A stretch of 64,000 bases of DNA from Candidatus Peregrinibacteria bacterium (GCA_016196225.1 JACPXZ010000025.1:1102-65101), one strand, 5' to 3'. Numbered from the stretch's first letter, positions 19,807-30,011 are shown. Numbers and translations are program-made. The notes: a model not told the origin generated them from the sequence alone.

Positions 19807-21010
19807 CAGGATCTTGCGGACCGAAGGTTCGCAGAGGCATACCAAACTCGTCGGTGTGGCCGCTCACGATTTCGTCATGGGCAGCGGTTTCGATGGCTCC
19901 CGCGTAGGGGGTACGGGGCTGGACATCTTCGAACACATCACCTTTTTGCCACCGGAGAGGGATATCAAGGGTTTGAAGGAGGGTGACCAGCACTTCTCCG
20001 CGAGTAGCCGGACGGCCGGGGTCGATATCCGTATCAATGAAGATCGTCCATCCGAGTTGTTCTGCGGAAGCAACATATGGAGAAAACCACTGATCCCGCG
20101 CTCGTGAATTGAGCGGACGGCGACTTGTGGAGGGCTCAATGGAAGCGATCTTGTGGGCAATTTTGGCAAGTTCTGCAATCGTCACAAAATTTCCCGGGCC
20201 GTAGTTCCCTGTAAGATTGCCATCGAGGTCTCGGTAGCCGGACATAATCCCAAGTCTCGCAACGGTATAGACCGAGTACGCAAACCATGTGATTTGCGGG
20301 ACGTCATTGAAGACGAGAGCGGTGCCTTCTTCACTGGTAACGGTAACGTGCGTTTCGCCGCCACTCTGTTCTTTTTGTTGCTTCTCGCGGACACGATCTG
20401 CTTCGTCGCAAGCGAAAGTTACTGAGAGAGAAATACGGCTGTCTTGTTGGAGGAGGAGGGATTTTCGTGGAGGAGTGACGCATCCTTTAATACTTTTAAA
20501 CTGAACGGAGTACTGCCCTTCCGGCATGTCCGAATACGAAACGGGAGTTAAACCTGAATACGATGTATCATTGGGACCGGAAAGATCGAATTCGACATCA
20601 GAAGGATCGCTGTGTACAGCGACAATGCCAGTGCGGGTAAACGTATATTCAATGGTGGCACGCATCGATTCTCCTTGTTCTAAAGAAAAGGAAGCTTGCG
20701 GCCGATCATTGGTCTCAGGAAGGTCACCATCCTTTTCGAGAAGAATTTTGGCGATGGCGCCGTCAGGTGGTTTGGCGATGATGGTAAACATTCCCGGTGC
20801 GACGTTGGCGAGATTGCGCAGCGGTTGGGAACTCTTTTCCCGTGTATTGTTGGGATGGATAAGAGTCCATTCTCCGTATATGTCGCGCGGACTCTTTTGT
20901 TCAATAATGATCGTGGTGAGTGTTGCGGCACCGTGAAGGGTTTCGCCCGAATCTGCAGAGGCCGGTGTGTTGAGAGCAAGAAAGATGATGCAAAAAAGGA
21001 GGCGATTCAT
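19739..21010 (-). CDS. Secreted protein with PEGA-like and SLH domains
   Basis: Signal peptide; FNDVP..WF, VTIAELAK, ATRGE, FGPQDPVNRAEMAK. Confidence 0.85.
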   Translation of the reverse strand: MNRLLFCIIFLALNTPASADSGETLHGAATLTTIIIEQKSPRDIYGEWTLIHPNNTREKSSQPLRNLANVAPGMFTIIAKPPDGAIAKILLEKDGDLPETNDRPQASFSLEQGESMRATIEYTFTRTGIVAVHSDPSDVEFDLSGPNDTSYSGLTPVSYSDMPEGQYSVQFKSIKGCVTPPRKSLLLQQDSRISLSVTFACDEADRVREKQQKEQSGGETHVTVTSEEGTALVFNDVPQITWFAYSVYTVARLGIMSGYRDLDGNLTGNYGPGNFVTIAELAKIAHKIASIEPSTSRRPLNSRARDQWFSPYVASAEQLGWTIFIDTDIDPGRPATRGEVLVTLLQTLDIPLRWQKGDVFEDVQPRTPYAGAIETAAHDEIVSGHTDEFGMPLRTFGPQDPVNRAEMAKILSKILEIYKGQDL

Positions 21011-21043
21011 TGTGCTCTAGTGTATCACTGTTCCTTTTGAACC

Positions 21044-21078
21044 GCCAAAGGCCCCGATCTTGCGATTGGGGCTTTGGC
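21044..21078 (-). terminator. GC-rich hairpin downstream of purL
   Basis: GCCAAAG(G)CCCCGATC-TTGC-GATTGGGGCTTTGGC; no clear U tract. Confidence 0.4.
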
Positions 21079-21202
21079 TTAACCCTTCCCTCTTATGTAA
21101 AGTTTTCAACCGTTGATACTACATGCCGTTCTTCACACTACGATATGTACGGTGATATAAAAGCAAGGATTTGCTTTTATGTCAAATATTGTCTTTACTT
21201 TC

Positions 21203-23320
21203 TTATTTCACTGCAAAAAATCCTTCTGTAATGCCCTTTTTCCATTGTTGATGAAGGACGGGAAGAGGGAATGAAAGGGGGGATTGAGAACCGGTTTTCA
21301 CGATGAATAGGGGATCCTCGAGAGTGTGTCCAATGGAGAGAATACCGGGATATACAATGGGAGAGGCGGTTTCGATGAGGATGCCCGATGATGAGACAAG
21401 AAGATCGTTATCCACATGAACGCTCAAACCGATTGTTCCTCCGTATCCGCGTTTTGGAGTTGTCATTTCTAAGAGTGCCATCAGGAGTCCGTTGGTGACG
21501 ACATGAGCGGAAAGAATCTGGGGTAAAATCGTTGAAAATAGAGAAGAAATTTTCTCGAGATGATCCAAATGGACGATCGCAATATGTGAATTATGTTTTT
21601 TAAAATTCATGGAGATGGCATGATGTGCATTGGGTAAAATACCAATGCAACATACGGTGGCGGTTGGAGGGATAGAAACACCATCATCTGCGCAGTTATA
21701 AAGGGATACGTTGCCGGAGATGAATGGAATCTTAAGCTCATGTGCCGCATCGCATAATCCACGTACGCCTTCCTGCAATTGCCAGAGCTGATCGGGTACT
21801 TCGGGATTGCCGAAGTTTAGACAGTCGGTGAGCGCACGGGGCGTCGCTCCAACGGCAATGATTTTTTGTAAAGCCTGTGAAGCGGCTTTACGTCCCTGTT
21901 GGTATGGATCGTGATCCAGTGGTCCGGCGCAAGCGAGGGCGACACCGGTCCAATCGTTTTCATCCTGTAGCGGAGCGATCACAGCGGCATCGGCCTCGCC
22001 GGGTTCGAAAATTGTGTTTCCAATAACATTTTTATCGAAGTGAATAAAGAGGGGTTCTTTACTGCAGTTGTTGGGATCGTCGAGAGTGTGCATGAACTGT
22101 TTTTCGAGGGATATATCATGGTGAGAAGAATTTTTTTCGGGGTGACATGCTGGCCGTTCCTTTTCACCGTATTCAATACCGCACGTAATATCCATGGACT
22201 TCGCCTTGCACACCGTTTCACCCTTATAGGTGAGATGATAAATCCCATCATCGGTTACTTTTCCAATCACGGATGCGCGTGCATTCTCTGCCATGAGGGG
22301 GAGTTCCCATGTTTCATTAAAATGTCGAAGAATATGGGATGTGAGATCCGGGTGACAGATGACGCACATGCGTTCCTGTGTTTCGGCACAGGCGATGACT
22401 TCGGGGGGGAGATCCGGATAGGCGGTATGAATACGAGTGAGCTCAATCTCCGCTCCCAACCCCTCCGCAGCAACCTGCTCTACCGTTGCGCAGACGATAC
22501 CTCCCGCGCCCAAATCTTTGCAGCTTATCTTGTGGATATATTTTTCATTCTGTAACCATTCGAAGAGTTCATAGAATGCAGCCATCATGTGTCGCTCGAG
22601 GAAGGGATTGGGTTCCTGGACGGCACTGCGATTTGCCTTTTTTTCCGTATTGAGCAGTGACACCGATGCAAACGTAGCTCCACCAAATCCACTCCGGTCC
22701 GTGGCTTTACCAACCAGAATGATGTCATATCCAATGCGGCCTGCCTCTTTAGGTGTGAAGCTCGAAACGATGTGGTCTTCGCGAACAAGACCGATCGCCA
22801 CCGCATTCACAAGACAGTTTTTATCGTAATGTTTATCGAAGAGGGTGCTCCCTCCAAGATTGGGGACTCCAATGGGGTTGCCATACCCGCCGATGCCGCG
22901 GACGATGTCGCGAATAATGGTACGGGATTCTTCGCTCTTGCCATCGCCAAAACGGAGCATATCGAGGCAACCGATGACGCGCCCTCCCATGCAGAGGACA
23001 TCACGAACGACGCCGCCAATTCCGGTGGCAGCGCCTTCGTACGGGACGATCTGAGACGGGTGATTGTGGGACTCGTGGGAGATAATGAGTCCCCATCGTT
23101 TTCCTTTCGGCGCATCGGTGATGGCGACGATGCCGCTGTCTTGTCCCGGACCGAGGATTGTCTGAGGGCTCGCGGTCGGCAGGGTTTTTAGAAATCTTTT
23201 GGATGATTTGTAACTGCAATGCTCGCTCCATTGAATGGCGAAAATCGTCTCTTCGGTTGTCGTGGGGTCTCGATCCAGTATGGCACAGATCCGTCGGCGT
23301 TCTTCCTGATCCAGTTTCAT
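21203..23320 (-). CDS. purL: Phosphoribosylformylglycinamidine synthase subunit PurL
   Basis: WSEHCSYKSS, ESHNHPS, GAATGIGG, DLGAGG, ETQERM, DCLNFGNP, ISGNVSLYN. Confidence 0.95.
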   Translation of the reverse strand: MKLDQEERRRICAILDRDPTTTEETIFAIQWSEHCSYKSSKRFLKTLPTASPQTILGPGQDSGIVAITDAPKGKRWGLIISHESHNHPSQIVPYEGAATGIGGVVRDVLCMGGRVIGCLDMLRFGDGKSEESRTIIRDIVRGIGGYGNPIGVPNLGGSTLFDKHYDKNCLVNAVAIGLVREDHIVSSFTPKEAGRIGYDIILVGKATDRSGFGGATFASVSLLNTEKKANRSAVQEPNPFLERHMMAAFYELFEWLQNEKYIHKISCKDLGAGGIVCATVEQVAAEGLGAEIELTRIHTAYPDLPPEVIACAETQERMCVICHPDLTSHILRHFNETWELPLMAENARASVIGKVTDDGIYHLTYKGETVCKAKSMDITCGIEYGEKERPACHPEKNSSHHDISLEKQFMHTLDDPNNCSKEPLFIHFDKNVIGNTIFEPGEADAAVIAPLQDENDWTGVALACAGPLDHDPYQQGRKAASQALQKIIAVGATPRALTDCLNFGNPEVPDQLWQLQEGVRGLCDAAHELKIPFISGNVSLYNCADDGVSIPPTATVCCIGILPNAHHAISMNFKKHNSHIAIVHLDHLEKISSLFSTILPQILSAHVVTNGLLMALLEMTTPKRGYGGTIGLSVHVDNDLLVSSSGILIETASPIVYPGILSIGHTLEDPLFIVKTGSQSPLSFPLPVLHQQWKKGITEGFFAVK

Positions 23321-23348
23321 ATTGAAATTATACGGTATCCTGTATTCA

Positions 23349-24644
23349 ATGCGACTTGTCTCTGTTCTGTCCCACCATCGAATTCTCGGAAGTGCGGCTA
23401 TTTTGGGCATCACGCAATTGGGAGCCTCGATTGCAGGGCTTCTGCGTGATCGGCTTCTCGCGCAAACCTTCCCCGATCTTGCGGTTGTCGATGCTTATAT
23501 CGCCGCCTTCCGCCCGAGTGACCTTATCTTCCAGGTTCTGGTGATGTCGGCCATTGGTATGATTCTGGTTCCACTCCTTGCCCGAGAAGAACATCGCCGT
23601 GGTCGCGAAGGAGTAGCCAATCTTCTCGGTGCCTCCATGGGACTGGGTTGTCTTATTTTTGGACTCGTAGCCCTTCTGCTGACACTCGTTCTCCCTATGC
23701 TTGTACCATGGCTCGTCAATTTTCAAGGAGAACAGTTGGCATGGTATATCAATTTTGCGCGTATTGTGCTTATTTCGAATCTTCTTATGGTGATTGGAAA
23801 TACTATTGGACAGGAACTCATCCACATCGAGCGGTATTGGGTATATGGCCTTACACCCATCGTTTATTCTTTGGGGACGATTGGAGGGACGCTCTTCCTG
23901 ACTCCGGTGATCGGCCCGTACGGCCCTATTGCCGGTACGGTAGCAGGATCGTTGATCTACGCGCTCTGGCGATTACTTGCTGTTCGATGGGCGGGTATTC
24001 CTCTCCGCGTGAGACTCTGGCATCCGGCAATAGCCGACATGGGGTGGATGGCGATCCCACGCATGATTGCACTTGGTACTTTGCATATCCGTCTGCTCGT
24101 TCTCGATACCCTTGCCTCTTCGCTCCCGACCGGAGCAATCACCATCAATGCCTATGCCCGCAACGTTCAATCTGTCATTGTCGGTGCCATTGGTATTGCG
24201 CTCGCACAGGCAATTTTTTCTCCCATGTGCCGGGCGGCCGCAGAAGGGAACGAAAGAAAATTTCAGAACTTTATTCGGCGAGGATCTTTTTTCATGCTCC
24301 TCCTCACGATCCCCAGCGCGCTGATCCTCTTCCTCATCCCCGACCTTGTCGCATGGATTGTGAACCTCCAACACAAAGCTCCCCTGTTCTCTGTTGTTCT
24401 CATGCTCTACGCATTCAGTATTCCTATTGAGAGTCTGAGTTATCTCTTCATCCGTGCATTCTTTGCTTTGCATAATACGCGCCTCCCCGCTATCGCTCAC
24501 AGCGCAAATGCGATCGTTGCGATTGCGCTTTCGTGGTCGCTGCTCGGAGTATATGGTCTCCCCGCCATTCCGATCGGTTTCATCGCCGGCCACGTGGTAC
24601 AGCTGGTCATTCTTTGGTGGAATGTTCCGAGGCGCATATCTTAG
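23349..24644 (+). CDS. murJ: Lipid II flippase MurJ/MviN
   Basis: GLLRDRLLAQTF..DAYIAAFRPSD; multi-TM; RAFFALHNTRLP. Confidence 0.85.
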   Translation: MRLVSVLSHHRILGSAAILGITQLGASIAGLLRDRLLAQTFPDLAVVDAYIAAFRPSDLIFQVLVMSAIGMILVPLLAREEHRRGREGVANLLGASMGLGCLIFGLVALLLTLVLPMLVPWLVNFQGEQLAWYINFARIVLISNLLMVIGNTIGQELIHIERYWVYGLTPIVYSLGTIGGTLFLTPVIGPYGPIAGTVAGSLIYALWRLLAVRWAGIPLRVRLWHPAIADMGWMAIPRMIALGTLHIRLLVLDTLASSLPTGAITINAYARNVQSVIVGAIGIALAQAIFSPMCRAAAEGNERKFQNFIRRGSFFMLLLTIPSALILFLIPDLVAWIVNLQHKAPLFSVVLMLYAFSIPIESLSYLFIRAFFALHNTRLPAIAHSANAIVAIALSWSLLGVYGLPAIPIGFIAGHVVQLVILWWNVPRRIS

Positions 24645-24907
24645 AGAATCGTAAATCCCGTGCATCCCTCTCCGGAGGCTTCCTGCACATCGATCTTATC
24701 GACGCGTGCTGCTCGCGGCCCGCGGATACACAAGTGTTCTAGTTGTTGAAGGGATTCGGAAGTCCCCTCGGCGTGGATTTCGACTGACCCATCGGGGCAA
24801 TTGCGCACCCACCCCGTGATTCTGAGAGGAAGGGCATGTTCCTGTACATATGCACGGAAAAACACCCCCTGAACTTTGCCAGTGATCATAATACGTTGAG
24901 CAGGCAT
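24641..24907 (-). CDS. acyP: Acylphosphatase
   Basis: GKVQGVFFR, GWVRNCPDGSVE. Confidence 0.95.
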   Translation of the reverse strand: MPAQRIMITGKVQGVFFRAYVQEHALPLRITGWVRNCPDGSVEIHAEGTSESLQQLEHLCIRGPRAARVDKIDVQEASGEGCTGFTIL

Positions 24908-25452
24908 TACTTTTTCTTCACCTGTGTGAAATCCAACTCGACAGGAGTCTCTCGATCAAAAATGATCACCAGGACTGTGAGTTTCCCCTTATTGATATCA
25001 ACACTGTTCACGCTCCCCTCGTAGTTTTTGAATGGTCCGTCGATAATGATAACAAGGTTGCCCACTTGGAAGTCACTCTTAAATTTGGTGGCTTGTTCGC
25101 CGACCCGGCGTTCGATGATGCCGTATTCTTCCGGAGTGACGGGCACAGGAATATTTCCGGAGCCCACAAAGCCAGTGACATTGGGGGTATTGCGGACGAG
25201 ATACCAGGATTCGTCGCTGACGATCATATCCACAAGAACGTAACCGGGAAAAAGTTTGCGCTCTTCCTCCGTCGGTTCTCCTTTTTTGAAGACGAGCTGT
25301 TTTTCCTTGGGAACACGGACATCAAGAATAAAATCTTGCATATTAAAGGATTCCGCTCGTTGCTTGATAGCGGCAGCGACGCTGTCTTCGTAACCGGAGT
25401 AGGTGTGGATGACGTACCAGTTGCGTCCTGCTGTGGGATCCTGTTTTACCAT
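24907..25452 (-). CDS. nusG: Transcription factor NusG
   Basis: WYVIHTYSGYE, FPGYVLV, TPNVTGFVG, RETPVEL. Confidence 0.97.
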   Translation of the reverse strand: MVKQDPTAGRNWYVIHTYSGYEDSVAAAIKQRAESFNMQDFILDVRVPKEKQLVFKKGEPTEEERKLFPGYVLVDMIVSDESWYLVRNTPNVTGFVGSGNIPVPVTPEEYGIIERRVGEQATKFKSDFQVGNLVIIIDGPFKNYEGSVNSVDINKGKLTVLVIIFDRETPVELDFTQVKKK

Positions 25453-25479
25453 GTGAGGGCTAAGGAATGTGGAGAAAAA

Positions 25480-25674
25480 CTAAAATCGAAGAGAGAGGAG
25501 ACCCCTGATGAGCTCTGCAAGAAGAAAGTCGATAACGCCAAAAACGGCGGAAGCCGCAAATGTAAAAAGGAGGACAATCCCCGAAAGACGAATCGATTGT
25601 TGGCGTGTGGGCCAACGCACGTGTCGAAGTTCCTCGAGAGATTCATTCAGATACGCAGAGATTTGGTTGAACAT
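25480..25674 (-). CDS. secE: Preprotein translocase SecE
   Basis: ELRHVRWPT plus TM; upstream of nusG. Confidence 0.9.
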   Translation of the reverse strand: MFNQISAYLNESLEELRHVRWPTRQQSIRLSGIVLLFTFAASAVFGVIDFLLAELIRGLLSLRF

Positions 25675-25686
25675 AGAACGCTTCTT

Positions 25687-25705
25687 AAAAAAGCCCTTGC
25701 GGGGC
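25687..25705 (-). terminator. Intrinsic terminator after lepB
   Basis: GCCC(C)-GCAA-GGGC-TTTTTT on the minus strand. Confidence 0.5.
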
Positions 25706-25769
25706 AGACGTCAAGATACCGAGAATCATGAGAGGATGCAAGAGAAAATTGATAGTATTCTTCCCCTTG

Positions 25770-26396
25770 TTAAAACGTATATTCCGGTGTTTCCAGTGCA
25801 TGGATTTTGGTGACGGGCAAAGCGACAAACCAGACACGTCCTTTGATATCCTTGTTTGGAACAAAGGGGAGAGGAGAGGAGTCTAAAGACGTAAAACTGC
25901 GTGAGTCGAGACTGCCTTGGCGATTGTCTCCAAGGAGGAAGTAATGGTCCTCCGGGACAAGGTAGATGATCTCGGACGTATTGCCGCTACCCGGAGGATG
26001 TCGAAATGTTTTCCCATGATTTTTGGGATCAAGATACGGCTCATCCAGTGGAAATTCTTCATTGTTGTATCCACGGATAAAGACCATTCCATCACGAATG
26101 ACGATCTCGTCACCGGGGAGACCGATGACCCGTTTAACATAATATTTTTTGCGGTCACTGGGTGGATGGAAGACGACAGTGTCTCCACGGCGAGGCTGAC
26201 CGATAAAGTAAGCGAGTTTGTTGATAATGATGTATTCGTTGTCCTCGAGTGTCGTGGACATGGAACCTCCTTCCACCTGGAAAGGAGAAATGAGAAAGGT
26301 GCGAATCCCCGCGACGACGATAATGATGACGGCGACATTAAAGAGGACATCGAAGACATGGAACCAGATGCCGGATCGGTTTTTGAGGAAACTCAT
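25770..26396 (-). CDS. lepB: Signal peptidase I
   Basis: GGSMSTTL, YVKRVIGLPGD, GDNRQGSLDSR. Confidence 0.95.
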   Translation of the reverse strand: MSFLKNRSGIWFHVFDVLFNVAVIIIVVAGIRTFLISPFQVEGGSMSTTLEDNEYIIINKLAYFIGQPRRGDTVVFHPPSDRKKYYVKRVIGLPGDEIVIRDGMVFIRGYNNEEFPLDEPYLDPKNHGKTFRHPPGSGNTSEIIYLVPEDHYFLLGDNRQGSLDSRSFTSLDSSPLPFVPNKDIKGRVWFVALPVTKIHALETPEYTF

Positions 26397-26438
26397 GGGA
26401 GCATTATGTCATGGTGAGCAGGGCGAATCCATGACATA

Positions 26439-27080
26439 ATGCTCCCTGTGCTTGATCAGTTTCTTTTCCGGGCCCATCTTGATGATGAAGAGGAGATCCG
26501 TGCCATTATTCATAAACATTGGCTATTGGGCGTCAGAGCGCTCTTCTGGCCGACAGTTTCTTTTTTTGCGTCGTGGGCCATCCTTTATTATGTGCCGTTT
26601 AGGATGATGTTTTACATTATTGCTCTCTGGGGAATGATTTCCCTTGTGTGGTGGCTGCGGAATTTTTTCGATTATTACCTTGATGCATGGATTATTACCG
26701 ATCAGGGGGTACTTGATCTTGAGTGGCATGGATGGTTTCATCGTCAAGTGACGCGTATTCTCTACAGCGATATCCAGGGGGTAAGTTATGAAGTGCAGGG
26801 AGTACTGGGAACACTGATGAATTTCGGATTAGTGAGTATTGAGAAAATTTCGACGGATGCCATAGTCGAAATGGATGCCGTAAAGCATCCTAAAGTGATT
26901 ACGCGGATAATTTTGAAAAATATGGAAGAGTATCTGCATGGCAAAAACCTGAAGGATGCCCGTCATGTGCAAGAACTACTTGCGGAGGTCATTGCAAATC
27001 AGGTGCAATTAGAGGATGCGGAGAATCGCCTGGATGAGGAGGAAGAAGAGGAAGAGGTATTACAAAATGAGGATTCATGA
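26439..27080 (+). CDS. Membrane protein with bacterial PH-like domain
   Basis: HKHW, 2 TM, DYYLDAWIITD, IQGVS...NFG. Confidence 0.7.
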   Translation: MLPVLDQFLFRAHLDDEEEIRAIIHKHWLLGVRALFWPTVSFFASWAILYYVPFRMMFYIIALWGMISLVWWLRNFFDYYLDAWIITDQGVLDLEWHGWFHRQVTRILYSDIQGVSYEVQGVLGTLMNFGLVSIEKISTDAIVEMDAVKHPKVITRIILKNMEEYLHGKNLKDARHVQELLAEVIANQVQLEDAENRLDEEEEEEEVLQNEDS

Positions 27081-27619
27081 TGAACCCCTCGCTCATCATC
27101 GTCGGTCTGGGAAATCCGGGGAAGGCGTATGAATCGACGCGGCATAATATGGGATTTAGGGCAGTTGAATATTTAGTCAAAGAACTTGGAGAAGGGAAGT
27201 GGGCCTTTAAACAAAAGTTTAATGCTGATATTTGTGAAGCACGGATAGTGACGATTCCGATTCTTCTGGTAAAACCCAGAACATTTATGAATCTTTCGGG
27301 GGAGTCTGTTCAGAAGATTCTCAATTTTTACAAGGTGGATGTCGATCATATTCTTGTCATCAGTGACGACATCGATCTTCCGTTGGGAGAGGTTCGTTAT
27401 CGGAAAAACGGGGGTCCGGGAACTCACAATGGGATGAAATCCATTGTGGATACTCTTGGAGAGACATTCCCGCGAATTCGCATTGGGCTTGGAGATCCTC
27501 CGCACGGCGCAGATTTGTCGGCGTGGGTGCTCAGTCAATGTACGGAGGAGGAGGATAAAAAGTTACGGGAGGCGTTCACAAAGATCCCCGATATATTGAA
27601 GGAGTATGTGGGACTATAA
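27077..27619 (+). CDS. pth: Peptidyl-tRNA hydrolase
   Basis: GLGNPG..TRHNMG, KPRTFMNLSG, HNGMKS. Confidence 0.96.
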   Translation: MMNPSLIIVGLGNPGKAYESTRHNMGFRAVEYLVKELGEGKWAFKQKFNADICEARIVTIPILLVKPRTFMNLSGESVQKILNFYKVDVDHILVISDDIDLPLGEVRYRKNGGPGTHNGMKSIVDTLGETFPRIRIGLGDPPHGADLSAWVLSQCTEEEDKKLREAFTKIPDILKEYVGL

Positions 27620-27631
27620 AGGAAGATTCAT

Positions 27632-27745
27632 TGTCATGCTGAGGTGCGAGGCTTCAGCCGAGCCTCGAAGCATCATGAAAGGAATATTCATTTTATGACC
27701 CTTCGAGGCTCCTCACTGCGTTCGTCGCACCTCAGGGTGACATGT
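27632..27745. repeat. Family B inverted doublet; second copy supplies the stop codon of the DUF11 gene
   Basis: TGTCATGCTGAGGTGCGAG..CTCGAAGCAT (27632-73) plus inverted long copy (27680-745). Confidence 0.9.
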
Positions 27746-29564
27746 TTTGTATGTTGTCAGGAAGAACCTGCTGACGGGAATTTTCCAGCATATGGAAATC
27801 GCGTGTCAGGATATGCGGGCCAGAAGTCCCCGCATGGGTGAGGTTGGCGATGACGAACTGATCGGGGACATGCGACAGGATACCGACGGTGTACTGCATG
27901 GTATGAGTGGTGAGGGGGGTGAGAGCATCGATTTGCCACAGGATATGACGTGGGCCAATGAGTCCACCTTGAGCATTTTTTATGCAAACCGCAGTGGGAT
28001 TGAGCATTTCGACAACATCGATATCTTGCATAGCTGCTTCAAAGCGATTTGAGATTTCTATCTCATAGGTTATGGTTCCTCGTTCGCTCCCCGTACAAAA
28101 TTGTAATGTCCATCGATCCAAATCGATCATGGGTTTTGCGGATGCAAGCGTGCTGTATATCCATCCATTGCCATCCCAAACCCAATTGCCACTTCTATCC
28201 GGAGGAAGGATTTTGGCAGCGGTAGAAGTTTTGTCGGTCGATTCTTTTTGAGACTTGTCATCGTCTCCTCCTCCATCACCGGATGTCCCACCGCCGGTTC
28301 CTCCTCCAAAGAATCCGCCACCGCCCGTTGTTCCTCCTGTTCCACCACCGGTTGTCCCGCCACCGCTCCCCCCAATACCTCCTCCTGTTCCACCACCGGT
28401 TCCCCCACTCGTTCCACCACCGGCTCCCCCCGTGGATCCTCCACCGGTTGATCTGCTGTCTTTGATTGGACACGGAAAGATAACGTCAAGAGGGAGGTCG
28501 CATACATGCAAGGGGTCTCGGTATGAGCCATTGTACGTTGCCCATCCTTGACCACCGCTTCCACCGGAGGATCCGAAACCGGGGTACCCACCGGAGTTCC
28601 CACCGTTATTTTTTTTATCCGTTGTATTGTTACCTCCGAGTGGGAGATGAGACGATTGGGGCAATGGGATAGTCGTGGTTGGTTGACATGCGACAGAAGT
28701 CCGTGCCGTATTGGTACGATAAACGCCGTAGGAGTTTTGACTCCCGCTATAGACCTGTGCGCGCCATTCGAGAGAGGCAGGACAGGAGAAAGCCGAAGCA
28801 ATGGGCATAATAAACGTAAGGACGCGGGATTCACCGGATCGGAGGGTGAAGTTGGTGCATGTGATCATGCTTCCGCTTATCTGGCAAAAACGGGGAATAT
28901 CCTGGACAGTGAGACCGGACGGGAGCGACATCAGCATGGTGACGAACGCAGCATTGTCGGTGCCGGCATTGGTGACGATTGCGCTTAAAGTCACCGTATC
29001 ACCGGTGATAATCGTTTGAGGGGCCGTCAGATTGATCTGAAGATCCACTCCCTGTCGGTACGATCGATTGGGCGGGTCATAACAGCTGATGCGCGTCGAG
29101 AGAGCAGGACTGATGTTATCACCGGCGAATGTATCCGATGATCCGGCACTTACGCGTGCGGAGCTGGTGATCGTCCGGGGACAAAAGGCGCTATTCGTTT
29201 GGATAAGACGATCAGTGGTGAAGTTGAGCGGAATCGACTGTGAGCCAGGCTGAACAAGGTCATACGTGCAAATGATTTCATTGATGTATTGCTTGCATGT
29301 ACTGTGGGAAAAACGGTCGCGCCATCGGATTCCATCCGGGATTGCATACGTCACCTGCACGTTCCGGGCGTAGCCGGATCCGTCATTGGTGAGGATGATG
29401 GTATAGGTGAAGTCATCGCCGGACTGTACGTCGGTCGGACCAAGGAGGTTTGCTGCAACATATCCACCACCATTGAACCCCGGCGGATATCGAAGTGCCT
29501 CTGCGTTTTGGGGAGTGCAGAGGATAATCAAAACAGCACCGATCAGGAGAAAAGGATGCTTCAT
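27732..29564 (-). CDS. Secreted DUF11-repeat protein with Gly/Thr-rich linker
   Basis: Signal peptide; GDDFTYTIILTNDG, GDTVTLSAIVTNAG, ITYEIEISN; GGGT repeats. Confidence 0.8.
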   Translation of the reverse strand: MKHPFLLIGAVLIILCTPQNAEALRYPPGFNGGGYVAANLLGPTDVQSGDDFTYTIILTNDGSGYARNVQVTYAIPDGIRWRDRFSHSTCKQYINEIICTYDLVQPGSQSIPLNFTTDRLIQTNSAFCPRTITSSARVSAGSSDTFAGDNISPALSTRISCYDPPNRSYRQGVDLQINLTAPQTIITGDTVTLSAIVTNAGTDNAAFVTMLMSLPSGLTVQDIPRFCQISGSMITCTNFTLRSGESRVLTFIMPIASAFSCPASLEWRAQVYSGSQNSYGVYRTNTARTSVACQPTTTIPLPQSSHLPLGGNNTTDKKNNGGNSGGYPGFGSSGGSGGQGWATYNGSYRDPLHVCDLPLDVIFPCPIKDSRSTGGGSTGGAGGGTSGGTGGGTGGGIGGSGGGTTGGGTGGTTGGGGFFGGGTGGGTSGDGGGDDDKSQKESTDKTSTAAKILPPDRSGNWVWDGNGWIYSTLASAKPMIDLDRWTLQFCTGSERGTITYEIEISNRFEAAMQDIDVVEMLNPTAVCIKNAQGGLIGPRHILWQIDALTPLTTHTMQYTVGILSHVPDQFVIANLTHAGTSGPHILTRDFHMLENSRQQVLPDNIQNMSP

Positions 29565-29787
29565 AAAGAGGATGAGTACTATGCATTATTTATTGAAATA
29601 TGTCAAGTATTCTAGACATGCTATTCAATGAAGAATTCTTGGGAGAATTAGCTACAATGAACATCCTCACGTTATTGAGTAGAATCTTTTTTTATCTAAT
29701 GATTAGGTGTCGGTCGATCAACTTTCAGCGAACAAAGGGGAGGTATTGGATTATGTATGAGAATCCGAAGAGAGGGTTCTGGTAAGA

Positions 29788-29872
29788 TTGTGATGCTTGG
29801 GGAGCCTGCCTGCCGGCAGGCAGGTAGCCCCCGCAGTAGACACTTCGTATCACTGCAGGGCAAGTAAGTGGT
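29788..29872 (+). pseudogene. Duplicated tRNA-Gln 5' fragment interrupted by family D and E palindromes
   Basis: Removing 29805-29824 and 29830-29865 gives TTGTGATGCTTGGGGAGTAGCCAAGTGGT, 28/29 identical to 29897-29925. Confidence 0.8.
29805..29824. repeat. Family D perfect palindrome
   Basis: CCTGCCTGCCGGCAGGCAGG. Confidence 0.85.
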
Positions 29873-29906
29873 TGTGGATTAAAGATCTGATAAACTTTGT
29901 GGTGCT

Positions 29907-29981
29907 TGGGGAGTAGCCAAGTGGTACGGCAGCGGACTTTGGATCCGCCATGCGGGGGTTCGAATCCCTCCTCCCCAGCCA
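29907..29981 (+). tRNA. tRNA-Gln(TTG)
   Basis: TGGGGAG..CTCCCCA-GCCA; GCGGA-CTTTGGA-TCCGC. Confidence 0.95.
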
Positions 29982-30011
29982 TTCTGCTTCGCAAGCTTCG
30001 CAGAATTGGCT
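29977..30011 (+). repeat. Family F hairpin fused to tRNA-Gln 3' end
   Basis: AGCCA-TTCTGC-TTCGCAAGCTTC-GCAGAA-T-TGGCT. Confidence 0.75.

Noticed and set aside
23321-23413. Overlapping 5' extensions of purL and murJ
   Set aside because: Starts at 23320 and 23349 remove the overlap, and each has a -10 box at the usual spacing
28260-28460. Repetitive CCACC/CCTCC tract as a possible CRISPR or DNA repeat element
   Set aside because: It is the coding sequence of the GGGT linker in the DUF11 protein; no constant repeat with unique spacers
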